Below, piece by piece: positions 1 to 10,035 of a stretch of 64,000 nt of DNA. The notes beneath the pieces were generated by a model. The model searched no databases and had not been told where the DNA came from. It saw only the letters and a list, made by a program, of their open reading frames with translations. Position 1 is the first letter of the stretch; each line of letters opens with the position of its first letter. Source of the DNA: an uncultured virus (IMG/VR IMGVR_UViG_3300033553_000824) (taxonomy: Duplodnaviria > Heunggongvirae > Uroviricota > Caudoviricetes). The translations under genes were made by a program, and so were the position numbers. Location of the stretch: IMG/VR virus record IMGVR_UViG_3300033553_000824; one strand, 5' to 3'.

Positions 1-156
1 ATGAGCTCAAAATACATCAGTAAAGGTAAGCCTTACAAAGAGGCAGAAGAGGAGAATCGTTGTTTAGCTTGCGCAGGGTCCGGTTATTATGATGATACTG
101 GTTCTCCGAAATGCAGTGCTTGTGGCGGAACTGGTAAAGAACAAAAGTACCCTTAA
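1..156 (+). CDS. Small DnaJ-type zinc-finger protein (51 aa from the ATG at 1; may extend beyond the window)
   Basis: Manual translation MSSKYISK...CLACAGSG...CSACGGTGK with two CxxCxGxG motifs; TAA at 154-156. Confidence 0.6.
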   Translation: MSSKYISKGKPYKEAEEENRCLACAGSGYYDDTGSPKCSACGGTGKEQKYP

Positions 157-354
157 AAAAATCTAAAAAAATATATTTTTATTGGGAACAAAGTCCGGGG
201 TTGTTGTGTTTGAAATATTAAGATAATTTTAGGTACTACATGAACACCAAGAGTTATCTTAATAATATAATAAACATGTATGGATAAGAGAGTAATTTTA
301 TCAGAAAATCGAGTTATCATTTTTCGAACATGACAATATTTCTCTCATATCTCT

Positions 355-514
355 TAGGTCAACCAGGCCGACCAGTGTTCACTGATCCGCAACCTCCTTC
401 TCTTATAGCTTACGTCAATCGGGCCGATCAGCTTTCTCTGATCCGAAACCCCCTTCTCCTAGACCCTAGGTCAACCAGGCCGATCAGCGTTTATTGAAGC
501 GCAACCTTTTACCT
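355..514 (+). repeat. Three imperfect 56-nt tandem repeats with internal hairpin, upstream of the surface-protein gene
   Basis: Units start at 355, 411, 467; shared core TA(G/C)GTCAA..GGCCGA(T/C)CAG..TGA..CG.AACC. Confidence 0.85.
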
Positions 515-650
515 TTATTAAAAACCCAGCGTCCGTTTTGCAAGAGGACTCTGTCTGAAGGCAAAAAGGGTGTACCTATTGACTTTCAACAAACTAACAA
601 ACACGCGCTTGCGAGAAACGCCTGTGCGGTAAGCTTAAGGAGAAGCTAAA

Positions 651-2609
651 ATGTTAAAAACGCGAAATATTAAAGTCCTGGCGATTGTTGCTATGACCTT
701 CCTTATTGCAGGCTCAGGGGTAACCTCGGCGTCTGCATCAGTAATAACAGCCAGGGCAGTGGCTGTTGCCGATGAATGTGTTCCTTTCGCGGGTCAGGAT
801 GAGATACTCCCGACTTATGAGGAGCAGATTGTCGTTCCAGCAGGGTGGCAGCGTTACTCTTGGACAGGTGGACCTTGGGAGTCGGATTTGGCTCCTGCTT
901 TCCCTGGTGCCCCTAAAGACTGGACGGCAAACGTGGCGGGAGACCCTCACGAAATTGGTGTTGAAGGTGCCTACTACCAAAGTAACGGTAATTCAGGTAA
1001 CGGCGATTGGTTCTATTTGGAAGCAACTGACCCTGAGACGGAAATGATTATGACTAACCCCGGTCAGCCTTACATGGAGCCGGTAGTCTGCGAAGAGACT
1101 GACTCTGTTATGGTGAGCCTCGCCTCCATCTGCACCGCAGCGGAGGATGGCACAACTTCGGACACGATGTACAAAACCGAAGTTAACCTGCTAGTGCTCA
1201 CAGGTGACCGTGTGTTCCGCATCGACAACAAGTACGGCACGACTGGTGACGCTGATATCACGCTTGGTGGGGTTCTGAAGAAGACCGTCACGCTGACCGG
1301 CGCTGCTTACCAGCCAGTAATTCTACCCGCTAGCCTCGGCAATGTGGATGGAATCACAGTGAAGTACGAAGGTAACGAGTGGACTGGAACCTCTTCGGAG
1401 AACAAGGTCGATTGTACCATGATTGAGGAGGAGCCAGCGGTCAACTACTGTAACACAGCAGAGAGGCCTGATGGTATGTCCATAGCTCAGTGGCTAGAAG
1501 AAGGCAAGTTCAACGGGGCTGACTGCTTCACTATCACACCAACCCTTCAGTGTGGTTCGTTCGACGCTACAGTTGCTGGTCCTATGGCTGGTTACACATG
1601 GAGGTACTTGGAAGGCGCTGGTATGGCACCGAACCTTTCAACAGGTAAAGCCCTTCCCGCTACATTCAGTGAAGATTACAATGGCGGTTCAGTGAAGATA
1701 ACAACCTGGCTTGAAGGTCCCGAAAAGGACTACTTGGTTGGAACTGGGCTCCCTAACTACTGGGACGGAAACGGTCGCACAGTGACGATAAACACTGACT
1801 GTGCTCCTCCTGGGCTTATCGAAATAACTGGAGTGTTAGTGTCAGTTGTTGATCCACCTGTTTGTGGCCCTAACAATGACACAATTAACATCCCTAAAGT
1901 TGATAACGTTACCTTCGAAGATACTAAATGGGTTGACAACAAGCGAACCATCACGGCTGTTCCAGATAAAGGTTACGTCATTGACGGTCAGTCAGAATGG
2001 ATCTTCTATGATGACGCGACTCTTTGCCCAATTAAAATAACTGGGTTGTTAGCGTCAGTTGTTGACCCACCTGTTTGTGGTCCTAACAATAACGTACTTA
2101 ACATCCCTAAAGTTGATAACGTTACCTTCGAAGATACTAAATGGGTGGGCAACAAGCGAACCATCACAGCTGTCGCCGCTAAAGGTTACGTCATTGATGG
2201 CCAGTCAGAATGGACCTTCCTTGACGAGGCAACTCTTTGCCCTGTCACTACGGTCGCTCCAACAGTTGCTCTAATATGTGGTCCAACAAACAACATATTA
2301 ACTACCCCCGTGGTTAAAGGTGTAGTTTACACTAGCAACGGAGGAGTAGGTAGCACGATTACTATCACCGCTAAAGCAGCAGAAGGCTATGTACTCACTG
2401 AAGGATCAGCAACGACCTGGACCTTCACAGACATACCAACAGCAGGATGCCCTGAAGAGATAGCATTCTCATACACACCAACAGGCCAACTAGCCTACAC
2501 GGGTGTATCATCCACCGGAACTAACGGCCTCACCGCCCTGGCTATCTTCCTGATGGCCAGCGGTACAGCACTATTGGCCCTGAGAACACGAGTACAAAGT
2601 AAGGAGTAA
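651..2609 (+). CDS. Sortase-anchored cell-surface protein with internal repeats
   Basis: N-terminal signal peptide; C-terminal LAYTG (LAxTG) plus hydrophobic helix plus basic tail; AAGGAG RBS. Confidence 0.8.
   Translation: MLKTRNIKVLAIVAMTFLIAGSGVTSASASVITARAVAVADECVPFAGQDEILPTYEEQIVVPAGWQRYSWTGGPWESDLAPAFPGAPKDWTANVAGDPHEIGVEGAYYQSNGNSGNGDWFYLEATDPETEMIMTNPGQPYMEPVVCEETDSVMVSLASICTAAEDGTTSDTMYKTEVNLLVLTGDRVFRIDNKYGTTGDADITLGGVLKKTVTLTGAAYQPVILPASLGNVDGITVKYEGNEWTGTSSENKVDCTMIEEEPAVNYCNTAERPDGMSIAQWLEEGKFNGADCFTITPTLQCGSFDATVAGPMAGYTWRYLEGAGMAPNLSTGKALPATFSEDYNGGSVKITTWLEGPEKDYLVGTGLPNYWDGNGRTVTINTDCAPPGLIEITGVLVSVVDPPVCGPNNDTINIPKVDNVTFEDTKWVDNKRTITAVPDKGYVIDGQSEWIFYDDATLCPIKITGLLASVVDPPVCGPNNNVLNIPKVDNVTFEDTKWVGNKRTITAVAAKGYVIDGQSEWTFLDEATLCPVTTVAPTVALICGPTNNILTTPVVKGVVYTSNGGVGSTITITAKAAEGYVLTEGSATTWTFTDIPTAGCPEEIAFSYTPTGQLAYTGVSSTGTNGLTALAIFLMASGTALLALRTRVQSKE
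1821..2246 (+). repeat. Two 213-nt (71-aa) intragenic repeats, followed by a more diverged third copy
   Basis: ITG.L.SVVDPPVCGPNN...IPKVDNVTFEDTKWV.NKRTITAV..KGYVIDGQSEW occurs twice. Confidence 0.9.
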
Positions 2610-2623
2610 ACACACCAAAAGGA

Positions 2624-2670
2624 GAACCTCTTTCCTGTTAGTATATAGCGGGTAAGAGGTTTCTTCTTGT
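2624..2670 (+). terminator. Probable intrinsic terminator between convergent genes
   Basis: Inverted repeat AACCTCTT...AAGAGGTT followed by a T-rich tract just after the stop at 2609. Confidence 0.55.
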
Positions 2671-2747
2671 CTATCCGCCCGAACATTTCTCAGCTTTAGT
2701 TGCGCCTACCATATCAGAAGGAAAAATCCGAAACGCTTCAAGAGCGG

Positions 2748-3041
2748 TTATTTCTCATCAGGGTTCTGAAGTAAACAATCAAAATCAACGCCCATGTACA
2801 TGGACTCTAAATCATCTTTCATCTCATGAAGCTGATTGTTCAGCTCCCACAAATTAGGGGCTTCCATGAAGAAATCAACTGTTCCGGCAGCATTGCCTTC
2901 ATCAGTGAAAACAGGTTCCCCATGCTCCCTTAGTTTATATTCGAACTCTTCAGCCAACTCTTTCGTACCCACACCATAAAAATATAGTCCTTTATAGGCA
3001 ATAGGTAAAACATATTTGTATCTTAACATCAAGACCTCCAT
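2748..3041 (-). CDS. Hypothetical protein, paralog of 3096-3371
   Basis: LHEMKDDLESMYMGVDF vs LHRLRNELERMYLNVEF; start uncertain. Confidence 0.6.
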   Translation of the reverse strand: MEVLMLRYKYVLPIAYKGLYFYGVGTKELAEEFEYKLREHGEPVFTDEGNAAGTVDFFMEAPNLWELNNQLHEMKDDLESMYMGVDFDCLLQNPDEK

Positions 3042-3095
3042 AGGTTCTTTCGATAATCAGTGTAGCATAGTTCTATCGAACAGGCGAATTGGGTT

Positions 3096-3371
3096 CTACC
3101 GTTTAGTAGAGGGAAGGAACTCAAACTCAACGTTCAGATACATTCTTTCTAATTCATTTCTCAGACGATGTAAAGACTTACCTGCGTCAACAATACTAAG
3201 GCCTTCCTGTAAGCTGAACACAATTGTTTTCTTATTCAACTCATCCTCAGCGATAACAGGAGCGCCAAACTCGCCTAACTTATTCCAGAAATCCTCCGCC
3301 ACCTGTTGTTCAGTCAAACCAAGTAGTCCGGCCTGGTCGTACGGTGTTGTTATTCTATAATCATATGACAT
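3096..3371 (-). CDS. Hypothetical protein, paralog of 2748-3041
   Basis: ORF with GGAG RBS; similarity to neighbour. Confidence 0.65.
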   Translation of the reverse strand: MSYDYRITTPYDQAGLLGLTEQQVAEDFWNKLGEFGAPVIAEDELNKKTIVFSLQEGLSIVDAGKSLHRLRNELERMYLNVEFEFLPSTKR

Positions 3372-3407
3372 TTTGAAAACTCCAATGTTTGCTTGAAATG
3401 TTAAAAA

Positions 3408-3671
3408 TTAAAGCCTATCCAGCAGCTCCGTAAGCTCTTCTGTGTGTTGAACATTAACAGTCTCATAACTATCATCCTGATGCTCATAAATAATATCATC
3501 ATAAAGATCAGTTATTTGACTTATCTCATCTTCAGTAGCTTCTACTTCCATGTTTTCAAACACAGCGTGGAACACATCTGACGTGGAGCTAAAATTATCA
3601 CCACGGTAATATGTTCTGATGAAACTATCAAAGAACTCATCGAAATTAGCCTTCAAATACTCAAACAACAT
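3408..3671 (-). CDS. Acidic hypothetical protein
   Basis: AAGGAG RBS; CGTTAG motif upstream (3698-3703). Confidence 0.65.
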   Translation of the reverse strand: MLFEYLKANFDEFFDSFIRTYYRGDNFSSTSDVFHAVFENMEVEATEDEISQITDLYDDIIYEHQDDSYETVNVQHTEELTELLDRL

Positions 3672-3822
3672 GTTAGAACTCCTTTTCCAACATAGATCTA
3701 ACGTGCCACGTCTCAGCTCAACTGGTACATATAGGATATATAAAACAACCCCGTTAGGGAAACATTCGACATTAAACGGAAATTCTCCGTTAACACACCA
3801 CCTCCGAAGGAAAAACTATATA

Positions 3823-4044
3823 ATGCCAGACAGAACAATCGCATCAGGTCGCATAACAGAATCCAGTGAAACGTCCTTAACTATCAAAATTTCAGATAAC
3901 TACATAGAAGCCACCATCACACCTGAAACTGAACTAGAAACTAACTTAGACATAGGTAACCACATAACAGCATACCTGAACCTAGGTAAAGACATTTTAG
4001 TGACTAAAGTAGTCACCTATGACCCCAACAGAAAATTAGTATAA
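3823..4044 (+). CDS. Hypothetical protein, paralog of 60456-60680
   Basis: MPDRTI.SG.IT.SS...LTIK.SDNY in both; AAGGA RBS before ATG 3823. Confidence 0.7.
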   Translation: MPDRTIASGRITESSETSLTIKISDNYIEATITPETELETNLDIGNHITAYLNLGKDILVTKVVTYDPNRKLV

Positions 4045-4128
4045 ACAAACCGCCACTTAGCTCACTGATGCTAATTTATTTACGATAGGAACAGAACAAC
4101 AGCGATAGTTGCGCCCGTAGGAGAAAAA

Positions 4129-4446
4129 ATGACCACCAAATACGACGAAATAGCACAGCTTCTCACCACCGAATTACCAGAACTATCCAGTCCTGACACC
4201 ATAACAGTAGAAACTTTTACAAAGCGCCTTCAGGAAATATATGAAGGTAAATGCTGGCCACAAATGCTAAACAGCAACAAAGCTAACGTCAGTTTCAACT
4301 TCACACCAAGAGGTAGCGCCCCCTCACATGGAATTGTTTTCTACACATCAAACAGGTACGGCAGGGTCGAACCAATAACTCAAGACCGTTTAGATGTAAT
4401 TAACAGTAAATTAGAGAAGATAGGCGACCCCGAAGAAACGGTTTAA
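4129..4446 (+). CDS. Hypothetical protein
   Basis: AGGAG RBS; clean ORF. Confidence 0.65.
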   Translation: MTTKYDEIAQLLTTELPELSSPDTITVETFTKRLQEIYEGKCWPQMLNSNKANVSFNFTPRGSAPSHGIVFYTSNRYGRVEPITQDRLDVINSKLEKIGDPEETV

Positions 4447-4511
4447 CTAAAAGCATCTAACCGAAAAAATATAGCGTTAGAGCACATGAAAGCAACAAAC
4501 AGGAGAAAAAA

Positions 4512-4895
4512 ATGAGCACCCAAGTGTTATCAGAAAACGAAATGGTTAAAGCCGTAAATGAATTCAGTAAAAACGAAACCATAATTTTTATAGATGAGAT
4601 ATTACCGCTACTTTCAGATAAGAAAATAACTACAATAATTTACAGTTACGCTGTAGGTTACATCCTTATAGGCGAAGACGGCACTCTCTACATGTTCGGA
4701 ACTGAAATAAACAACAGGCGAGCCCGCGTTATGGCTGAACTTAAAACTGAAACTAAAATCCGAGAGTATAACGTATGGGGAACTTTCAACGATGATTTCA
4801 AAGTGGTAACGTCCACTCTAAATAAAGTAGATTCTTATGGTATTTTATCGGAGGCAACTAAAAGCTCTGGTGGAAAATGGGGAAAAACCCGATAG
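4512..4895 (+). CDS. Hypothetical protein, LS..EMV.A.NEF family (with 23120, 23518)
   Basis: Shared N-terminus and SGGKW C-terminus; AGGAG RBS. Confidence 0.75.
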   Translation: MSTQVLSENEMVKAVNEFSKNETIIFIDEILPLLSDKKITTIIYSYAVGYILIGEDGTLYMFGTEINNRRARVMAELKTETKIREYNVWGTFNDDFKVVTSTLNKVDSYGILSEATKSSGGKWGKTR

Positions 4896-5034
4896 CAACT
4901 ACAAGATTTAACTTTCAACCCAACCTGATGAGATGAAAGACTCCAACGTTGCGACAATGGGAACCTCAGCGTCCTCATCAAATTGTTTAGCAGTTAAATC
5001 AATAACCATTCACCATCTGAGAAACCATAAGCAC

Positions 5035-5300
5035 CTAATGATCAACGATGATAGCTATAGTGGCCGTCTCACGGGTGAGGTTCCCCAAAATTATTCTGTT
5101 GTTCTTATAGTGTAGAGCCCCAGCGGTCCACGTCCAGCGCCCATTCTTTGAGAGTAACGTGCTGTTGAAAACCGTGTTACCGAGGTTAACATCTTTAATG
5201 ACGATATGTGCGGTGAGTGAGGTTAGAAATTTTTCATAAGTCAACTCTAAACCATTATCAGTTATAACGGACTGACCTTTTTTATTACATAGGTTTCCAT
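5035..5300 (-). pseudogene. Frameshifted paralog of 5391-5711
   Basis: AAGGAG plus ATG at 5300 (METYVI) is out of frame with the rest (ALHYKN.RI.LG.LT); one extra base in the 6-nt homopolymer at 5278-5283 restores the frame. Confidence 0.6.
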
Positions 5301-5390
5301 GAAACAGTATATCTCCTTTTATTCACGTTCCCGTGGTAGTTCTCTAACGCGTTCTTCAGCTTCGTTGAAGACCTCTGGCCCAACCTTATT

Positions 5391-5711
5391 TTAAGGGTCA
5401 ACAATAACCATAACAGTAGCACCAACAGGGGTTAATTCCCCCAGGGTGATCCTAGTATTCTTGTAATGCAGGGCTTCGGACCATGCGTCTGAGCCAGTCC
5501 CCGAAATGAACATACTGTCAAAAACAACTTTACCGCCGATGTTATGATCTTCAATAACGATGCGCGCTGTAACAGTTCCCAGATGCTCTGCATATGTTAA
5601 CTTTAACCCATTACTAGTGGTAATAGATGCGCCTTTCGGAATTACATAAGTTTCCATAAAATAATCCAGCTCCTTTGTACTTTTAGTAATTATTAGCCAC
5701 TCGTTGTTCAT
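5391..5711 (-). CDS. Hypothetical protein
   Basis: Paralog of 5035-5300; CGTTAG motif at 5734-5739 supports a start at 5711. Confidence 0.65.
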   Translation of the reverse strand: MNNEWLIITKSTKELDYFMETYVIPKGASITTSNGLKLTYAEHLGTVTARIVIEDHNIGGKVVFDSMFISGTGSDAWSEALHYKNTRITLGELTPVGATVMVIVDP

Positions 5712-5832
5712 GGCCGATAATTGAATGCTTTTCCTAACGCACTTAAGCGGGTGGGCTATGATGGCCAACTTTTGCTGGCAGTAATCCCTCTGCCCTTACA
5801 AATGTCACCCATAATGAGAGTAGTAATTTCAG

Positions 5833-6330
5833 TTAATTCCACGTGTCCGTGTTGTTGTTATCCTTCTCATTGATAACTTCCCACATCTGATATTCAGCGT
5901 CACCATAAAAACCGGTGATGTAATGAACATAATGGTCTTTCCGGCGTCCGTTATCAACCAACCCGAATTTTTTCTCAACAGCTTTCAAACCTTCTTCGGG
6001 CGTTGAAGCGGAAACAAGAACTTCAACAATGTCATAATCTTTAGACATTTTCTCATACTCGCGTATGTTACGCTCCCGGTGCTGACGGGCTTCCTGAGCT
6101 GGTTTCTTAAAAACTTCAGGTAGAGCCTCAACTTCCTTATCGCTTAAAGCAAGCAGCTCTTTGTCTTTCTCGCTGACATAAATGCTATCCACATCAGTTT
6201 TATAGAAATAGCCCACATCCCACCAGCTTTTGATGAGTTTAGCTAAAGCCCGCTCATAGTCACGCCTGTCACCATCTTTGAAAGGTATTCGCAGAGTGTC
6301 ATGCTTACCTTTAGATTCGATATAGCTCAT
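5833..6330 (-). CDS. Hypothetical protein
   Basis: 165-aa ORF with purine-rich RBS region. Confidence 0.65.
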   Translation of the reverse strand: MSYIESKGKHDTLRIPFKDGDRRDYERALAKLIKSWWDVGYFYKTDVDSIYVSEKDKELLALSDKEVEALPEVFKKPAQEARQHRERNIREYEKMSKDYDIVEVLVSASTPEEGLKAVEKKFGLVDNGRRKDHYVHYITGFYGDAEYQMWEVINEKDNNNTDTWN

Positions 6331-6442
6331 ATTATTTCTCTTTCTTCAAACAGATGTATGTAATAAACTATAGCATAATTTCAGCGAAAAGACAATTTCC
6401 TGAACAGAAAAAGGCCCGTACATATAAGTGCTAATTTAGCTA

Positions 6443-7306
6443 CTACACAAAGTTTTTAAGAACATGGCGGTCACCAACAACGCTTTCAGATAACTGGAAA
6501 TATTGGTTTCCGATCTTAGGGGAATTTAATACACGCCCAAGGTTCTGATAAACAACCGCTTCGGAGAACAACTCATCATTAAATGGTATCTCCGCAAGTA
6601 AAGGCACTTCCGGGCCCCCTAAATTCAAATTAGATTTAATCTGATACGGGCCGCTAGTTTTGTTAAGCACTGTGCGTATAATTGAACTATCAACATTAAA
6701 ATCCCCATATGAGTTAGTTATATTCTGAATCCAACGAGAGAAACCACTTCTGGACATACTCATGCGTTCAGCATCCAGAACAGCAATGATAGTATCAGAC
6801 ATTGAGTAAGCTACTTTAGTGGGAACACTATCATCAAGGTATTCAATAGCTGTGTCTAAAATAATGACATCAAACATTGATTTCAGTTCACCTATGATGT
6901 CCCTATAAAACTCTGGTGGTAGAATATCGTTTAACCTTACTCCCGTAGGGGAAAGTAGCAGATGAATCCCTGTTTCCTCATCCACAGCTAAGTTCTTACG
7001 GATAAGATCGGTTGTCCAATTATGTTCGACGTAAATATCTAAAGCTGTAGGGGTGGGCGTCGGCGTTTCAGTGATGAAGCGCCCTAGCTGTGCGTCCTTC
7101 ACATCCAAATCAACAACAACGACACTAAGGGGCCGGTCGGAGGAACCTGAGGTGAAAGACTTCTCTGATGACCTGATGATAGCCCCAGCTAAACACAAAG
7201 CCACTGTGGATTTGCCAGCCTCACCAAGAGCTGAAGCTACTGTAACAACTAAACCTTTCTTAGTAAGCCTAGAAACAGCGGGCCTCGCTTCCTCAGTAAC
7301 TGTCAT
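6443..7306 (-). CDS. MinD/ParA/CpaE-like P-loop ATPase
   Basis: Deviant Walker A GEAGKST, VVVVDLD, FDVIILDT, VLNK, IPF motifs. Confidence 0.8.
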   Translation of the reverse strand: MTVTEEARPAVSRLTKKGLVVTVASALGEAGKSTVALCLAGAIIRSSEKSFTSGSSDRPLSVVVVDLDVKDAQLGRFITETPTPTPTALDIYVEHNWTTDLIRKNLAVDEETGIHLLLSPTGVRLNDILPPEFYRDIIGELKSMFDVIILDTAIEYLDDSVPTKVAYSMSDTIIAVLDAERMSMSRSGFSRWIQNITNSYGDFNVDSSIIRTVLNKTSGPYQIKSNLNLGGPEVPLLAEIPFNDELFSEAVVYQNLGRVLNSPKIGNQYFQLSESVVGDRHVLKNFV

Positions 7307-7461
7307 ATTCGTCCCTCTATTATATTTTGTTCATACTCGCACATATCGGTTTCCTACCACCAGCTAAAAACGTATTTACTGGGACTAGCTTTTACAATCG
7401 TGCTTACTGTATCTCTAACAGCCTATTCAACGTTTTAACTTAAACGTTGGCATGAAAACAT

Positions 7462-7758
7462 TCAGTTACTGTTCTTCTTCAAAAAAGCAACAGCTTCCTT
7501 AGCGATGTCATCAAAATGAGCGAAATGGTTAGGCCCGCCAGTGTAATCTAAGTTGTCTTTAGCGGTTCTATAAAGAGCCTCATGAACCGTGTGATGGTTA
7601 TGGTCCGTGTTGATGTAAACGATCTTACCGGTACGAGGGTCTGTGATGAACCCGGAGCAACCGAACAACGCGCCGTTAACTCTGACGTTCTTCAACTCAA
7701 CAATAAGGTCACCATCTATAGCTAATATTTGGTTCTTGGTTTTAGTTGCTGAATACAT
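7462..7758 (-). CDS. Phage-type hypothetical protein
   Basis: AAGGAG RBS; CCGATA motif upstream; GCSGFI...LYRTA...DYTGGPN. Confidence 0.7.
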   Translation of the reverse strand: MYSATKTKNQILAIDGDLIVELKNVRVNGALFGCSGFITDPRTGKIVYINTDHNHHTVHEALYRTAKDNLDYTGGPNHFAHFDDIAKEAVAFLKKNSN

Positions 7759-7878
7759 GGTAGCATCTCCTTAAAAAGTTATCTAAAATTTGTTAAGAAT
7801 GCTCTATCGGGCCCCCACTATGGATTGATAGCGGCCTTTTATGAAAAAAAAATAGCTAGGAAACGAGATATAGCTTTG

Positions 7879-9885
7879 TTATCTATGGTGGAGGGCAACA
7901 ACTCCGCCTAACATCTTCACATCATGTATAGAGTTAACGCCGCTGACTTCTACCATCACGCCATAGACCTTGAACTCATCGTTATTATTACCGTTAATGT
8001 CATCTATCCAAGCTTTCAGAGCTTTTGTCTTATCGGTGATTTTATCTGTGTTATCATCTTTCGTCATCTCAATAACATAAAGATGCGGTTTACCTTTTAG
8101 TGTATAATATATATACCAATCTGGGTGAAACAACCTTGCATGACCTTCGTTAGCTTCGAGATAAGGATAAGGCAACTCTAGTATGTCTGTATTGATACGA
8201 GAGGACTTAAAGTAGCCAACATTCTCTGCACCATTCTCTTCTAATTTTAGGATAATTGCTTTAAGGTGGTTTTGTTGAAAATCGTGGGCAGCTGGTATTC
8301 TGCCTATGGCGTTACCTATAGGAGCTAGCCCCTGTTCCCGGCTTCCATAGAGATAATATGGGTCAACCATTGCTACGGCATTATTGTCAGCGTCAGCGTC
8401 AGTTTCTAAGCGGCCAGGCAAATGCCAAGCTTTAGCTTTTTTAGCTACCATTCCACTTTGAGGGTCCATGGTCCAGTTAGGAACCTGTATTGATTGGTAG
8501 TTAGAGTATTTATCGCGTAGGGAGACCATAACGGTTTTAGAAGCAAGATTTTTGTCACTCCTATAAGTATCTTCACTCGCTACCGCTTTATACTCGGGTA
8601 CTTTGATCTTCCTTCCAATATTCTCGATGCTGTATATAACGGTGTCTCTTATCCCGCTTGCGAATGTACCCAGCTTAGCGTTTTTACGTACCTTAAGGTT
8701 CAATTTCGACTCAAGTGAAACAATGAATGTTTTAAGCTCCTGCGTATTATCTTCATCTATTAATTTAGACGGGAAGTCCCGCAAGTGCTGATTCAACTTT
8801 TCTTTACGCCCTAAGCCGCGTTCGTTTTTGTGCCTACTCTCAATGAATATGTCATATACCCCTTCTGGCTCTTCTAACTGGTTGAGTATCCATTTCACCC
8901 TAGACTCGTTTCTCTTCCTCCCGCTTATGTCCGCATCCACAGCGTAGGAAACAGTTATCCTTTCTGATGGGATATCAATTATCGCAAGCATGTCATTTAT
9001 CAACCCAGCTGATTTGTTAGATGAAAATATGGCTTTGAACTCTCCGTTATCTTCGAGTTCTTTAAGATGCTCTTTCAATTGCTTATGTTCGACCTTAACA
9101 TCTATGTTATATTCAGCTGAGACTTCAAGGGCAACTCTTTCTAACAGCTGCATTAAACGCGCGCCCGTTGGGTTAGCGCCTTTATCTGAAACTCTGAAAG
9201 TCCTATTCTGAATATCTTCTTTAACTTGTGTCCAGTCGGAACCCATCCTGTCGCTCTCATCTAAAGAAGTGCCGCTCCTCTCAGATTCTAAATAATGTAT
9301 AAGCTCATTAAGTATCCAAGCTTGCTCAGGGTCATCAACTTTCGCTGCTCTACTCATTCTCTTAGCGGTCAGAAGAATACGGGCCCAAGATATATGATAA
9401 AGCTTAACGTCAGGATATTTAGAGAGATCTACTAAAGCCGCATTGGGGTGTAATTTATTAACAGAGATGTAATTACTGATGGTGATGACCGTATTAAAGC
9501 CATGCTTCTGAGCTAACTCTAAGTTGTTTTCAATCTGTTCTCGTGGAAACCCATCTTGACCAGTTTTAACTTCAACCAAGCCAACCCACAAAGATGACCC
9601 TCGTTCTATCTTAATAGCTCCGTCTGGGATAACTGGGTTTTTTATATTTCCTGAGGAGTCCATCTCCCCATTGAAGGACACCTGGGAGAAAGTAGAGAAC
9701 GCGCCCTTTGGGTGGGATATCCCAGCAGCAGCTAAAATTTCTTCGGCAAAAGGTTTAACTGCTGTCATTACTGCTAATAATGCTGAGCTTACCCTATCTT
9801 CCTTTTCCTTACTTCCGCTCAGTCCAATAGTTGATAATAGGTGAGCCTCACCCCAGTTTTGAAAAATATCTTCTTTGTCTTTCAT
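7879..9885 (-). CDS. Putative two-domain PD-(D/E)xK nuclease
   Basis: N-terminal SALLAVM...PDG...LVEVKTG...VITISN, resembling actinobacterial TerD-associated domain proteins; C-terminal FHPDW...YVIEMTK resembling a restriction-endonuclease tail. Confidence 0.55.
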   Translation of the reverse strand: MKDKEDIFQNWGEAHLLSTIGLSGSKEKEDRVSSALLAVMTAVKPFAEEILAAAGISHPKGAFSTFSQVSFNGEMDSSGNIKNPVIPDGAIKIERGSSLWVGLVEVKTGQDGFPREQIENNLELAQKHGFNTVITISNYISVNKLHPNAALVDLSKYPDVKLYHISWARILLTAKRMSRAAKVDDPEQAWILNELIHYLESERSGTSLDESDRMGSDWTQVKEDIQNRTFRVSDKGANPTGARLMQLLERVALEVSAEYNIDVKVEHKQLKEHLKELEDNGEFKAIFSSNKSAGLINDMLAIIDIPSERITVSYAVDADISGRKRNESRVKWILNQLEEPEGVYDIFIESRHKNERGLGRKEKLNQHLRDFPSKLIDEDNTQELKTFIVSLESKLNLKVRKNAKLGTFASGIRDTVIYSIENIGRKIKVPEYKAVASEDTYRSDKNLASKTVMVSLRDKYSNYQSIQVPNWTMDPQSGMVAKKAKAWHLPGRLETDADADNNAVAMVDPYYLYGSREQGLAPIGNAIGRIPAAHDFQQNHLKAIILKLEENGAENVGYFKSSRINTDILELPYPYLEANEGHARLFHPDWYIYYTLKGKPHLYVIEMTKDDNTDKITDKTKALKAWIDDINGNNNDEFKVYGVMVEVSGVNSIHDVKMLGGVVALHHR

Positions 9886-10035
9886 CTTAGAGGATTCCTT
9901 GCCTTAATTTGATTATAAAAAACGCTAATATAGTATATTATCGGCAACATACTCAATTAGCACATTTTTTATAAAACCTCCCAAAACGGAAGTGAAACGT
10001 TTTTAGGAAAAGAAGAAAACGTAGTTAACCTAGCT

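Noticed and set aside
185..210. GGAAC-N18-GTT ECF-sigma-like promoter
   Set aside because: A single short match with no corroboration; could be chance.
330..497. 55-codon ORF across the 56-nt repeats
   Set aside because: The repeat period is not a multiple of 3, so each unit is read in a different frame; there is no clear RBS.
520..640. Known riboswitch (c-di-GMP or c-di-AMP) in the surface-gene leader
   Set aside because: Conserved aptamer motifs were not recognisable by eye.
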